Notes under the pieces: generated by a model | Seen by the model: the letters and a program-made list of their open reading frames with translations, nothing else | Databases searched by the model: none | Told to the model about the DNA's origin: nothing | Made by a program: the position numbers and the translations under genes | IMG/VR virus record: IMGVR_UViG_3300042691_032784 | Coordinates: 1-64,000 of that record | DNA length: 64,000 nucleotides | Reading direction: 5' to 3' (one strand) | Source: a virus | Shown here: piece after piece, positions 31,269 to 41,213 of the stretch | Position numbering within the stretch: the first letter of the stretch is position 1 | Layout: each line of letters starts with the position of its first letter

Positions 31269-31435
31269 ACTATTTCAGTTTTAGTTATTTTAAGTTCGTC
31301 AATATACATTTTTTCTACTTTAGTTCCTATTTTTTTTGTTATACTTTTTAGTATTAAACTATCAGTAACACTAGGTTCTTTATTATCTTCAGATGTAATT
31401 ACAACTTCTATTTCTAATTCTATTTTTATTTTCAT
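31265..31435 (-). CDS. Small hypothetical protein (56 aa, not in ORF track)
   Basis: MKIKIELEIEVVITSED...; ATGA overlap with the kinase start. Confidence 0.6.
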   Translation of the reverse strand: MKIKIELEIEVVITSEDNKEPSVTDSLILKSITKKIGTKVEKMYIDELKITKTEIV

Positions 31436-31440
31436 AATAA

Positions 31441-31785
31441 TTAATATTTTAAATTATTATAAATAATATTTCTATTAGTTTGATTATCAATATCAGTATA
31501 AGCTTCTTCTCTACTGTAAATATAAGCATATTCTATATTAAATTCTATAATTTCAATTAAATCTTTAATTTTAATTAGTATTCTATTAATAAATTTAGAA
31601 TGAGCATATTCTAATAAGAAATATATATTATTTTTATCAGATTCAATATCTAGTGGTTCAATTTTATATAATTCTTTATGTAGTGGTTCAATTTTATATA
31701 ATTCTTTATGTAGTTGTTGAGATAATAGTTGAAGTACTAATTCAAATTTATCCTCATCTTGAACTTGTATTTTAAGTTTTAACAT
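31441..31785 (-). CDS. Hypothetical protein
   Basis: 114 aa with duplicated LHKELYKIEP. Confidence 0.55.
   Translation of the reverse strand: MLKLKIQVQDEDKFELVLQLLSQQLHKELYKIEPLHKELYKIEPLDIESDKNNIYFLLEYAHSKFINRILIKIKDLIEIIEFNIEYAYIYSREEAYTDIDNQTNRNIIYNNLKY
31651..31714. repeat. Perfect 30-bp tandem duplication
   Basis: tagtggttcaattttatataattctttatg x2 plus tagt. Confidence 0.9.
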
Positions 31786-31789
31786 TTTT

Positions 31790-32044
31790 TTATTTTTTAC
31801 TATTATTTAATTTCTTTTTAAAATCTTGAATTATTTTAATTAATTCATCAGATGAACAAAATTCTATACTATATCCATCAGTTTCTTTATCTAAATCTTC
31901 ATCAATAACAGATATTTTAAATGTAGAAGTTTCTGTACTATCTTGTCTTAGTTCTAATAATCTACCATAAACAGAATAAAGAACAACAAGACCAACAGAA
32001 TAGATATGTATATTTTCATCTTTTGTATCTTGTTGTATCTTCAT
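31790..32044 (-). CDS. Hypothetical protein
   Basis: 84 aa ORF in operon. Confidence 0.55.
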   Translation of the reverse strand: MKIQQDTKDENIHIYSVGLVVLYSVYGRLLELRQDSTETSTFKISVIDEDLDKETDGYSIEFCSSDELIKIIQDFKKKLNNSKK

Positions 32045-32060
32045 ATTTTTATTTAATTAA

Positions 32061-33101
32061 TTAATCAATTAAAGCACGTTGTTGAATAAATCCTTTAAAG
32101 TTTCTACACCAACCCCTTTCACTATATATACCTCCATTTAAAGGTCTTCCATGTAAATAACTATTATATTCATATTCAGTCATAACTCTAGCAACATGTT
32201 CAAAAGGACTCCAATGACCTGATTTACTTAAAACTTCATAAAGTTCTAAATCTTTTTCATAATTAATTTCAGGATTATCTCCTAATGTTTGATATGAAAG
32301 TCTAGCACATCTTGCTACAGAAATTTTACATACTATTTCTGTTATAGATATATCTAATTTTGTTGATATACTAGCTATTTTACCCATATCAAAATTATCT
32401 CCATAAGGAATATGCCATTCTCCTTCTTTAAGTTTTCTAGGAGTTGATTCTTGTATAGCATCATAAATTGCTTCTGCTAAAAACATCATATGAATATCAG
32501 CTTGTCCTTTATTATGTTTTAATCTAAAAAGAGTATTAGTTTGATTTACTTCATAAGCATTTTCTAATAAAGAATCTCGTTTTCTTTTAACTAACATATC
32601 TTCTAAACTTTTCCAACTTTTAGTAGTATATGTTTCTCCTTCAGCAATGTATTCATATTGAGGACATCTAAGATTAAAAAAGTTTTCCCATTCAGTTCCT
32701 GATACAAGTACTTTATGATACATAAAAGGTTCAAGTAATCTATTACATAATTGTTTAGTTACATTACCAACATGATTCATATTTTCTGCAACTTGTATTG
32801 CAATATTTCTAGCTTCTAACCACTGTAATCTATGTTCGGATATTTGTTCTTCATCAGTAAAATAATTACTACCTTGCATACCTTTATGATCAATTTGCCA
32901 AGCATAAGGAATGAAAGGATTTTCTTGTACATTCTTAACCATTTTATTAAATGGTATAGCTCTACTACTTGCACTATTTTTACTCAATATCCTATGAGTA
33001 TTAAATTCAGCAAGTATATATCTAGGCATTACAACTTCTAAAGTTGTTAATCTATGACCTTGTGGACTTAATGAATCTGCCACTATTTTTGCTTGTATCA
33101 T
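32061..33101 (-). CDS. thyX: Flavin-dependent thymidylate synthase (ThyX/Thy1 family)
   Basis: AEFNTHR...NSASSRAIP, KQLCNRLLEPF, SVARCARLSY, HWSPFEH. Confidence 0.85.
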   Translation of the reverse strand: MIQAKIVADSLSPQGHRLTTLEVVMPRYILAEFNTHRILSKNSASSRAIPFNKMVKNVQENPFIPYAWQIDHKGMQGSNYFTDEEQISEHRLQWLEARNIAIQVAENMNHVGNVTKQLCNRLLEPFMYHKVLVSGTEWENFFNLRCPQYEYIAEGETYTTKSWKSLEDMLVKRKRDSLLENAYEVNQTNTLFRLKHNKGQADIHMMFLAEAIYDAIQESTPRKLKEGEWHIPYGDNFDMGKIASISTKLDISITEIVCKISVARCARLSYQTLGDNPEINYEKDLELYEVLSKSGHWSPFEHVARVMTEYEYNSYLHGRPLNGGIYSERGWCRNFKGFIQQRALID

Positions 33102-33104
33102 TAT

Positions 33105-33776
33105 TTAATTAAAAGTTTTAATTTGTTTAATTTCTTCTGTTATATATTTATTATCTATATAACTTAATAATTCTTGTAAATCATTACTATAAAATCCTCC
33201 ACAAGAATCTATTACTTCTTCTTCAATAAATGTATCTTCAATAAATGTATCTTTAGATAATTCTTCTTTATTTTTAAATAAATATAATTTTTTATATTTT
33301 TTAAAATTAACTAATTCAAATCTATATACATTTCCAGCTAAATAATTATTCCAATTAGTAATTAAATTATTAGCATAATATTTAGCAATTTCTTCATCTG
33401 ATAAATCTTTTAATTCATCATTATGTTTTCGTTGTAAATCAAAATCAAAATCATTTTTATCAACTAATATAAATCCTGTTGAACTTACATCAAATTTATC
33501 ACCTTGATGAGATAATGATAATAAAATCCCACTATGTATATAAGCATATACAGTAAATATATAATAATTATTTAATTTATAATTTTCATAATTATTATAT
33601 AAATAATTATATATATCAATAGGTTTATAGCCTTCTATTTCTACATAAAAATTAGGATGGTCATAAACTAAAAATATATCACTATTTCCCCAATCTCTAG
33701 GACTTTCAGAATTATCATCAGTATAAATTCTTAATTCTTTATTAAATTTTAAAGAATATTTAGCTATTAGATTCAT
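33105..33776 (-). CDS. Hypothetical phage protein
   Basis: SPRDW, YIHSG, YLAGNVY, DSCGGFY segments look like a conserved family; function not recognised. Confidence 0.6.
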   Translation of the reverse strand: MNLIAKYSLKFNKELRIYTDDNSESPRDWGNSDIFLVYDHPNFYVEIEGYKPIDIYNYLYNNYENYKLNNYYIFTVYAYIHSGILLSLSHQGDKFDVSSTGFILVDKNDFDFDLQRKHNDELKDLSDEEIAKYYANNLITNWNNYLAGNVYRFELVNFKKYKKLYLFKNKEELSKDTFIEDTFIEEEVIDSCGGFYSNDLQELLSYIDNKYITEEIKQIKTFN

Positions 33777-34296
33777 TAATGAATTGTTTTAAATTAGCCG
33801 GAGAATAATTAATTGATTTAAGAACTTTATTATCTTTATCTCTATAAGTAATAAATTTACCTTTTATTTCTTTAGCTGTACATTCTATACTTTCTTTTTG
33901 GTATTTTACACAAGTATCTAAAGCTTCTTCTTTACTATTAGATACTTTACTCATATTACTTCTATGTACTTCTTCAAAAGCATCATCAAAAATATTAGTA
34001 AAACCATGTTCAATAATAGCACCTGATAGTACATATTGTAAATCACATAAAGCATCAAGCTGTTCTACTACATTATATTGATTTTTATCAGGATTATAAG
34101 CTTTATGATAATCATAACATAAATCTGCAAAATGATCAGATAATCCACTAGCTTCAGCATATTCTTTTAATTCTTCAAATATTAATTCAATACGAAGTTT
34201 ATTTCTATCTTCAGGAATATTAATAATACTTTCATGTACAGGTTGTTCAAATAAAGTCATAAATTCTTTAACTTTATTAATATAACTAATAACCAT
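33760..34296 (-). CDS. MazG-like nucleoside triphosphate pyrophosphohydrolase (DR2231-type dUTPase)
   Basis: LIFEELKEY, DALCDLQYV, FEEVHRSNMSK, KVLKS; likely start MVISY at 34296. Confidence 0.85.
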   Translation of the reverse strand: MVISYINKVKEFMTLFEQPVHESIINIPEDRNKLRIELIFEELKEYAEASGLSDHFADLCYDYHKAYNPDKNQYNVVEQLDALCDLQYVLSGAIIEHGFTNIFDDAFEEVHRSNMSKVSNSKEEALDTCVKYQKESIECTAKEIKGKFITYRDKDNKVLKSINYSPANLKQFINESNS

Positions 34297-34297
34297 A

Positions 34298-34879
34298 TTA
34301 TTTATTTTTATCAAATGAAACTTTAACTCCTTCTTTTTGTTTTTTAATAGGAGCACTAACAACACAATCTTGTCCTAATTCAGTCCATTCTAAACTAGGC
34401 ATTCTATCAATAACTTTAGTAGCAGTAGGAATTCTTAAATCATTATTATTAGGAATTAATAATTTTAATTCATCTTCTCTATCTTTAATTAATTGTTTAA
34501 CTTTTTCTTGTATATCATACAATTCATTAAGATATATATCATTACATTCCCTAAAATCATAATAAGTATATGTAGCGGCTACAGATAAACTAGCTCCAAA
34601 CATTTTAACAGTTTTAACATTACCTGAAAGATTTTTTCTAACTTCAGATATTATAATATCTTTAGCATCATCATTCTTACTAACAACTTCTACTAATTTT
34701 TCCATTCTTTTCATTGCTAAATGAAATTGAATAGGATTTATATAACCTTCTCTTAATTTATCTACTAATGCATCTGCAACTGCTATATGGTCTGCATTAT
34801 AAACATTAAGAAATTTAGTAAGTCCTTGACTTACATTATCATCATCGATAATTTCTTCATTGTCAATATTTTCTGACAT
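34298..34879 (-). CDS. Hypothetical protein
   Basis: 193 aa ORF, YDFRECND segment. Confidence 0.65.
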   Translation of the reverse strand: MSENIDNEEIIDDDNVSQGLTKFLNVYNADHIAVADALVDKLREGYINPIQFHLAMKRMEKLVEVVSKNDDAKDIIISEVRKNLSGNVKTVKMFGASLSVAATYTYYDFRECNDIYLNELYDIQEKVKQLIKDREDELKLLIPNNNDLRIPTATKVIDRMPSLEWTELGQDCVVSAPIKKQKEGVKVSFDKNK

Positions 34880-35000
34880 AATTTTTGAATTTAAAATTGA
34901 TTTTAAGCGTGTGTATTAAATCAAAATATAAAAGTAATATATTTGTATTACTTATGTTAGATAATTAAATCTTAATAAGCTGTATGCGTGTAGTGGCATT

Positions 35001-35861
35001 TTAAAAGATATATCTTATTGTATTCCAAGCAATTAAAGAATTATGAACTTTAATAAATTCATTAATAGCATCTCTTTTAATATTAACTTCATATCTTATA
35101 TTAGTACCACCATATTGTGAAACTTTAGTTTCTTGTAAATTAGGAACCCATAGCAAGTTTTCCCCTTTAATATTTTTTTCTAAATTATAATAATGTTTAG
35201 CTTCATTATGAGTAAGAAATATAACTTCACATTTAACTTTATGTTTATATTCTTCTTTAACATAAATATCTAATAACATAAATAATTCAGCATAATGTTT
35301 TATCCAATTATTAAATAAAATAACAGGACTAAAATTAACATGAACATCATATCCTGATTCAATAAAATCATTAATAGCTTTAATTCTATCAAGAATTTTA
35401 GCTGATTTAGGTTCAACTATATTAGCAATAAGTTGAGGCATTAAACTAAATCTAATTCTAATTTTATTATTAGGATTAAAAGTAAGAAGTTTTTTAGGAA
35501 CTATTTTAGTAGCAAGTGTAGCTTTAGCTCTAGGATGTTGTTTAAAAAAAGTAAAAATTTTATACCAATCATGATGAGGTAAATGTAATGCAAAATCTTC
35601 ATTACAACTTATATCATAAGTTATATATTTTTCATCAGTTTGATTAGGTTTAATAATTTTAGTTTTTTTAGAATGTTTATCTATTGCTAATAATATATCA
35701 TTAACATTATTATATAAAGTAACTCCTTTAGGAGTATTACGTTTCATATAACAATATGAACATTCTAATAAACAACCAGTGGCAAAAGAAGGACTAATAA
35801 AATCACTACTTCTACCACTAGGTTTAATAGTTAATATTTTAAGATTATTATAAATTATCAT
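35001..35861 (-). CDS. splB: Spore photoproduct lyase family radical SAM protein
   Basis: GCLLECSYCY (CxxxCxxC), YDISCNED, ATK, RIRFSLMP, VHVNFSPVI, SQYGG..IRY. Confidence 0.85.
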   Translation of the reverse strand: MIIYNNLKILTIKPSGRSSDFISPSFATGCLLECSYCYMKRNTPKGVTLYNNVNDILLAIDKHSKKTKIIKPNQTDEKYITYDISCNEDFALHLPHHDWYKIFTFFKQHPRAKATLATKIVPKKLLTFNPNNKIRIRFSLMPQLIANIVEPKSAKILDRIKAINDFIESGYDVHVNFSPVILFNNWIKHYAELFMLLDIYVKEEYKHKVKCEVIFLTHNEAKHYYNLEKNIKGENLLWVPNLQETKVSQYGGTNIRYEVNIKRDAINEFIKVHNSLIAWNTIRYIF

Positions 35862-36057
35862 CTTTTATAATAGGAATATTAAAATCTATTTTAATATCAA
35901 TACTTAAATTATTATAACTAGGACTTTTAAGTTTATTTAATCCTTCATCAATTTTTTGTAATAATAAATTTCTAATAGAATCTAAATTTTCTATTGCTTT
36001 TTTTTTATTATTTTTATCAGTTATTATAAATCCTGAATCTAATTTTTGTATAAACAT
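35848..36057 (-). CDS. Hypothetical protein
   Basis: 69 aa ORF overlapping the splB start. Confidence 0.55.
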   Translation of the reverse strand: MFIQKLDSGFIITDKNNKKKAIENLDSIRNLLLQKIDEGLNKLKSPSYNNLSIDIKIDFNIPIIKDDNL

Positions 36058-36072
36058 ATTTATTTAATTAAT

Positions 36073-37155
36073 TTAAAAGATTAATTCATCTGAAGTATCA
36101 TTTAATGTAATACCTAATTTATTTAATATAATATCAAAATCTTTTTTAGCTTCTTCACTATAACAATGTTTATTTCTAAATTTAATTAGTAATTCTTTAA
36201 TACCAAATTTAGAAGCTATAAAGTTTTTAATACCATTAATTGCTTTTTGAAAAAAACTTTGTTGTTTAAAATGTTCTTTCATACTTTGATTAGTAATAAG
36301 AACTTCTTTAATTTCATTAGTTTCTTTATCTACTACTTTTGCAATAAACTCTATATTTTCTCCTACTGCTCTAGCTTTAATAGAAGGATAATAAGTACTA
36401 GGAATATGACTTACGTATCTATAATCATCATAATTTTGGTCTACAAAATTAATTTCAGCTTGTGCTTCATTAATTTTAGAACTATGATAACTAACTTCAA
36501 AACTTCCAGGTACTTTTCTATCTCTATCTAGTTTAAGTCTAGCAGGTGGAAAGTTATAAGATTTTTTAATATTTTTAAGATTACATACAAATAATTTACC
36601 TGAATAAATATTACCTACTGGTTTATCTACTATATCTCCATGATATTCATTTGAATATATAATATCTTTCTTTTTAATTAAGTTATTATTAAAATAATCA
36701 AAATCAGATTTAGGTATAGTAAAACCAAGATAAAAATTAGTATTTGATTCAAAAGGTTTAAATTCTAAAGCTAATGTAGTACCTAATATAGCTTGTTCTT
36801 GCCAAATAGGTTTTATTATATGATTATTAGCTTTAAGTTCAATAGGATAATTAAGACGTAAAAATATAAGAAAAGCCATTTTAAGTCCTTCTCCGTGTTG
36901 TCCTATTGAATTTTCTTTATCTTCTTTTTGTGATTCTCCTATTTTAAGAAAAGAAAAATTATCAGGTTTAAAATCATTTTTAAGAGTAATACTAATATAT
37001 TCAATATTATTGACAATAGCAGAAATACCTATTTGTTGAGTAAAATTACCATAATCAATAAAGTTTTGATATATTTCTCTAAGAGCTTCTTGAATACCCC
37101 AATCTTTAAGATAATTTTCTCCTATACCATAATTTATAGTAATATTATTATTCAT
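36073..37155 (-). CDS. GHKL-type ATPase domain protein
   Basis: WGIQEALREIYQNFID (N box), GESQK, IGQHGEGLK (G2 box). Confidence 0.75.
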   Translation of the reverse strand: MNNNITINYGIGENYLKDWGIQEALREIYQNFIDYGNFTQQIGISAIVNNIEYISITLKNDFKPDNFSFLKIGESQKEDKENSIGQHGEGLKMAFLIFLRLNYPIELKANNHIIKPIWQEQAILGTTLALEFKPFESNTNFYLGFTIPKSDFDYFNNNLIKKKDIIYSNEYHGDIVDKPVGNIYSGKLFVCNLKNIKKSYNFPPARLKLDRDRKVPGSFEVSYHSSKINEAQAEINFVDQNYDDYRYVSHIPSTYYPSIKARAVGENIEFIAKVVDKETNEIKEVLITNQSMKEHFKQQSFFQKAINGIKNFIASKFGIKELLIKFRNKHCYSEEAKKDFDIILNKLGITLNDTSDELIF

Positions 37156-38476
37156 AGTCTCTTACAATATTATCAATTACATGAAAAGGTATCATATCTT
37201 CAGTATATTCATAAAATGTACAAGTAAGCATTTTATTAATAAATAAATGTTTTTGAAATAAAACTAAAGATTTAAAATTATTATCTCCTTTAGGATTTAC
37301 TTGAAATTCTTTACCTTGTTTAGTTCTACAAACAAATAAACCTAAATCAGGATTTTTATCTTGAGGAATAATATCAATAATTTTAAATTCTTCATCTATA
37401 ACTCTTTTAAGTTTTACCATATCCATAGGACGTTTACCAAATTGATAAAATCCTTCAGGATTTCTTAAAATAGAACCCTCATAACCATCTTTAATATAAT
37501 TATCAGTAAGTGTTTGAACTGTAGCATCACTTTTAATTTTATAAGTAGTTACAACATCTATTGAATTAGTAAAATCTTTTTCTTTAATTTGATTTATAAT
37601 ATCTTTAAGAATTGTAAATCTTGAAATATTATTAAGATTTTTAACACCTAAATCAAATGCAATAAATTGAACTCTATTTGTATCTAAATTAGGAGCTTTA
37701 ACAGCAGAAGATATAGTTTGTAATTTTTCTCCATGAATATATAATTCACCATCGAAAAATATATCATCTAATTCAAGTCCATAACCTTTAAGATTTTCAT
37801 CTATTAAAGTTTTGTTACCAACCAACACAACTTCTAAGTGGGGAAGATTATATCTCTTACCTTCTTTACTAAGTATTTGTACTTTATTATTAATAAAACT
37901 AATAGTACATCTAACTCCATTAATTTTAGGTTGTATTAAACAAGGAAATTTAATAATAATTGCTCCTTTTTCTTTAGGTTCATAAGGATTAAGTAAATAA
38001 AAATATTTTCTATCATCCCATAATTTACCATTAGGGTCAATCCAATCTTTTTTACTACGATAATATTGTTGAGCTTTCATAGGTTTAAGATTACCAAGAG
38101 CATCAGTATTATCAATAGGTAAATGTTTTTTTAAATATTCCCCCATAGAAATTGTGTTGGTTGTAGAAGATAATCCAAAATCCTCATTTTCTTTAAGATA
38201 ATTATTATATCCAATATCTTCTAAACTTTTATAACCTAAATCTTTTTTACGTCTATAAAGACTTTCTACTTCTAAAGTAGCTTGTGTTAAAGGAGATGTT
38301 TCATTAGATTTTCCAATGTTTTTTCCTTTAATATTATTTCTAGTAGTTTCTACTATTTTTCCTTCTAATTCTCCTGCTTTAAGTATAATTTGTATACCTT
38401 GTATATTTTTATTAACTTCTGCTGACCATTGAAGTACTTTACCTTTACTATCTTTTTTATATAAAATTTCTGTCAT
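37148..38476 (-). CDS. ATP-dependent DNA ligase
   Basis: QPKINGVR (motif I), DGELY, FIAFD, YEGSILR, KLK. Confidence 0.9.
   Translation of the reverse strand: MTEILYKKDSKGKVLQWSAEVNKNIQGIQIILKAGELEGKIVETTRNNIKGKNIGKSNETSPLTQATLEVESLYRRKKDLGYKSLEDIGYNNYLKENEDFGLSSTTNTISMGEYLKKHLPIDNTDALGNLKPMKAQQYYRSKKDWIDPNGKLWDDRKYFYLLNPYEPKEKGAIIIKFPCLIQPKINGVRCTISFINNKVQILSKEGKRYNLPHLEVVLVGNKTLIDENLKGYGLELDDIFFDGELYIHGEKLQTISSAVKAPNLDTNRVQFIAFDLGVKNLNNISRFTILKDIINQIKEKDFTNSIDVVTTYKIKSDATVQTLTDNYIKDGYEGSILRNPEGFYQFGKRPMDMVKLKRVIDEEFKIIDIIPQDKNPDLGLFVCRTKQGKEFQVNPKGDNNFKSLVLFQKHLFINKMLTCTFYEYTEDMIPFHVIDNIVRDYE
37822..37845 (+). repeat. Dispersed motif copy 10
   Basis: ccaacacaacttctaagtggggaa. Confidence 0.75.
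38138..38160 (-). repeat. Dispersed motif copy 11
   Basis: reverse complement ccaacacaatttctatgggggaa. Confidence 0.8.
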
Positions 38477-38486
38477 AATTAAGCAT

Positions 38487-38510
38487 AAAAAAGGGAGTAT
38501 AAAACTCCCT
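38487..38510 (-). terminator. Intrinsic terminator
   Basis: agggagt/actccct stem, T-tract on the minus strand. Confidence 0.7.
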
Positions 38511-38733
38511 ATATTAATATTTTAAAATGTCTTTTAAACCAACTATTATAATTAATAATATTATCTTTAATTAATACTTTACCACTATTAAATAAAATAG
38601 TTAAAGTATTATTTAATTCAATTCTATTAATTATATCAACTTCTTCAAATTGAAAACTAGTATCTTTGTTGGTTCCATTTACATTTTTTCTAAATTGAAC
38701 TACATTTCCTTCATAAAATACTGTATTTTTCAT
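38509..38733 (-). CDS. Hypothetical protein
   Basis: 74 aa ORF. Confidence 0.55.
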   Translation of the reverse strand: MKNTVFYEGNVVQFRKNVNGTNKDTSFQFEEVDIINRIELNNTLTILFNSGKVLIKDNIINYNSWFKRHFKILI

Positions 38734-38750
38734 AGTATTATAATTTATAT

Positions 38751-39278
38751 TTAATTTTCTGTTACTATTTTTAATAATAATCCAAAATTACTACCTACTT
38801 TTCTTATTGCAGTTTTCCAACTAATATCTGCTGTAGGAGCTGTGTTAACTAAAGACATAATATTCTTTTGTTGTTCTAATGTTTTACTATAATCTCTAAA
38901 TCTTTCAGGTCTATTATTTTTTATATCTACTCTTCTTTGAGGAAATTTATATACAATTTCATCAGTAGCAGTATAATTTCTTAAATCACCACAATAATAA
39001 ACAACTTTAACTTCTTCTCTTAATTGAATAATATTATTATCTTTAAGAAATTGAAGTACTTTTTCTGTTAATTTTTCTTGTTGTTTAATTTTTATAGTTT
39101 CTTCTTCATTAGATTTAACTAATACTATTTGTACTGTAGCTGGAATTTCAATAAGTCTTTCAGTAGTAGGTTTAAGTTTAGTTTTATATTTTCTTAAAAC
39201 TACTACATTAGTTTGTTGTATAAATTTATTTTGCTTTTCATTAAAAGCATTAATTTTATTTACTATTTCGTTAGCCAT
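38751..39278 (-). CDS. Hypothetical protein
   Basis: 175 aa ORF overlapping the primase end. Confidence 0.6.
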   Translation of the reverse strand: MANEIVNKINAFNEKQNKFIQQTNVVVLRKYKTKLKPTTERLIEIPATVQIVLVKSNEEETIKIKQQEKLTEKVLQFLKDNNIIQLREEVKVVYYCGDLRNYTATDEIVYKFPQRRVDIKNNRPERFRDYSKTLEQQKNIMSLVNTAPTADISWKTAIRKVGSNFGLLLKIVTEN

Positions 39279-40393
39279 GATAATAATCGTTTGTTTTCAT
39301 TAGTAATATAATCTAAAATATGTTCATGAGTATTATATATAGTTTTAATTAAATTTACAGTTTTTTCATGACCAAATGTTTCTCTAAATTCACTAAAATC
39401 TTTTACACCAAAATCAGGTTGATTAAATCTACCTCTAGTAAACATTAAAGGATAACAATTATGTATTCTTTTATATTTACGTGCTAATATAATTCCTGCT
39501 TTATCATAATCAAAATTAGTAATTACAATATCAGCAAGTGATTTTAATTTAAACATAAGGTCTTTAGAAATTACAAAAGTTTCTGAAGGTACACAAATAG
39601 CAGTTATTCCATACATTTTATAACATAATACATCTTTATAAGATTTAGTTATTATAATAATTCTACTTGCTTTAAGTAAATGTACTCCTTGAACAAAAGA
39701 ATAATTAGTTATAAATTTTTTAGTTTTATCTTTAGTTAATGGTATATATATTTTCCATAATATAATACCATTAATTTTACCACCATAATATGCAAATGCT
39801 GGATTATAAGAGTTATAAGTATAAATTTGAGTTAAATATCCTTCTTTATTTTCTATGTGTAATTCTAATACTGGAATTACTTTACCTAATTTTAAAGTTT
39901 CTAAATCAATTCCATATCTTTTTTGCCAATAATTAGCATCATATTTATTAAATACACGAGGTACTACTTTGAATACTTTTAATTCTCTAGTAGTTAAATG
40001 TTGTTGATAAAGGTTATTAAATTTTTTTCTTTCTTCATCAGTAGCATATTTATGTATCTTAAAATCATAAGCTATTTTATTAAGCAATAATTTAAATCCT
40101 TGAGAAGTTTTAATATTAATTTTAGTAAAATAACTAGCAACATCAAAACAATCTCCTTTAAAAGAACCATTCCAATCTCTTACTCTAAGTTTACCACTAT
40201 CTGAGTAATAATAATTGCAAGTAGGATTAACATCAGGATTAGATTCACTTCTAAATTTAGATAAAAAGGAACTGCCTTGTAAAGTTTTATCATTAACAGG
40301 AACATTAAGATAAAATTCCATTATTTCCTCTTGACTTACCCTATCTAATATATAAGGTTTTGTTAATTCAGGTAATACTTTTAAATTTAACAT
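39263..40393 (-). CDS. DNA primase (crAss type)
   Basis: S-x-F-R...PTC...GDCFD N-terminus, TOPRIM-like ITKSYKDV, FDYDKAG, KDFSE. Confidence 0.85.
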   Translation of the reverse strand: MLNLKVLPELTKPYILDRVSQEEIMEFYLNVPVNDKTLQGSSFLSKFRSESNPDVNPTCNYYYSDSGKLRVRDWNGSFKGDCFDVASYFTKINIKTSQGFKLLLNKIAYDFKIHKYATDEERKKFNNLYQQHLTTRELKVFKVVPRVFNKYDANYWQKRYGIDLETLKLGKVIPVLELHIENKEGYLTQIYTYNSYNPAFAYYGGKINGIILWKIYIPLTKDKTKKFITNYSFVQGVHLLKASRIIIITKSYKDVLCYKMYGITAICVPSETFVISKDLMFKLKSLADIVITNFDYDKAGIILARKYKRIHNCYPLMFTRGRFNQPDFGVKDFSEFRETFGHEKTVNLIKTIYNTHEHILDYITNENKRLLSWLTK

Positions 40394-40400
40394 AATTAAT

Positions 40401-40430
40401 AAAAAAAGCAGGTTATTTCTAACCTGCTTT
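40401..40430 (-). terminator. Intrinsic terminator
   Basis: aaagcaggtta-tttc-taacctgcttt with A7 tract on the + strand. Confidence 0.8.
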
Positions 40431-40454
40431 ATTACTACTATTATTATTTAAATT

Positions 40455-41165
40455 TTATACATCAGGTAAATCATCTGCAAAATTAGAACTAAATGAACTT
40501 TCAGATGGATATCCAGCATCATGTGCACTTCCTGCTTGTCCTGCTTTAGGTTTAGATTTAGGTTCTAAAATATCATAAGTTGTATTAATTCTAAGTTCAC
40601 AAGGTCTATAATTTTCACCTTGTTTAGCTTGTTGAATAAAATTAGGATATTTAGGAAGTTGAACTCTAGTATTCCAAAAAGTAACTTTAAGATAAAGTTC
40701 TTTAGAAGCATAAGTTTTACGAGGTTTATCATCTTTAGTATAAACAATACTATTAAAAGCTTTACTTACATTATCATAAAATTCAGAAAAACTTTTACCG
40801 GACATAGCACCATCAGGTAATTTATCAGCTCCAATAGTTTCATCCCAAATATGTTTAATTCTTCCTATTAAAGCAGATTGAAGGTCTTGTGCACTATCAG
40901 AAGTCATATCAATAGGATATTCCCAATGTTGTAATTGTCTACCTTCTTTATCTTTAAATAAAAATCCAAGAGCAGGTACTTTTTCAGTTACATCATTTCT
41001 AGTAACTTCTTTTTCAGGTTCAAAAGATACTTTAACTAGAAAAGCAGTAGGAAACTCATATTTATAAGGAAAAATAGAAGTAGCAACTTGAAGTTGTCTA
41101 GCAGTTTGAATTGGAACAGCATTAGTTCCTTGAGTATCTTTATTAATACTTAAATTTAATTCCAT
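40455..41165 (-). CDS. Putative single-stranded DNA-binding protein
   Basis: Flexible Gly/Ser tail ending DDLPDV; next to primase. Confidence 0.5.
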   Translation of the reverse strand: MELNLSINKDTQGTNAVPIQTARQLQVATSIFPYKYEFPTAFLVKVSFEPEKEVTRNDVTEKVPALGFLFKDKEGRQLQHWEYPIDMTSDSAQDLQSALIGRIKHIWDETIGADKLPDGAMSGKSFSEFYDNVSKAFNSIVYTKDDKPRKTYASKELYLKVTFWNTRVQLPKYPNFIQQAKQGENYRPCELRINTTYDILEPKSKPKAGQAGSAHDAGYPSESSFSSNFADDLPDV

Positions 41166-41213
41166 TGTAATAATAATTAGGAAAGGTTTAATAAATAGCT
41201 ATTATATTAAATC

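Noticed and set aside
34297-34365. Longer start (34365) for the MazG-like gene
   Set aside because: Overlaps the upstream gene by ~70 nt; the ATG at 34296 directly follows the upstream stop
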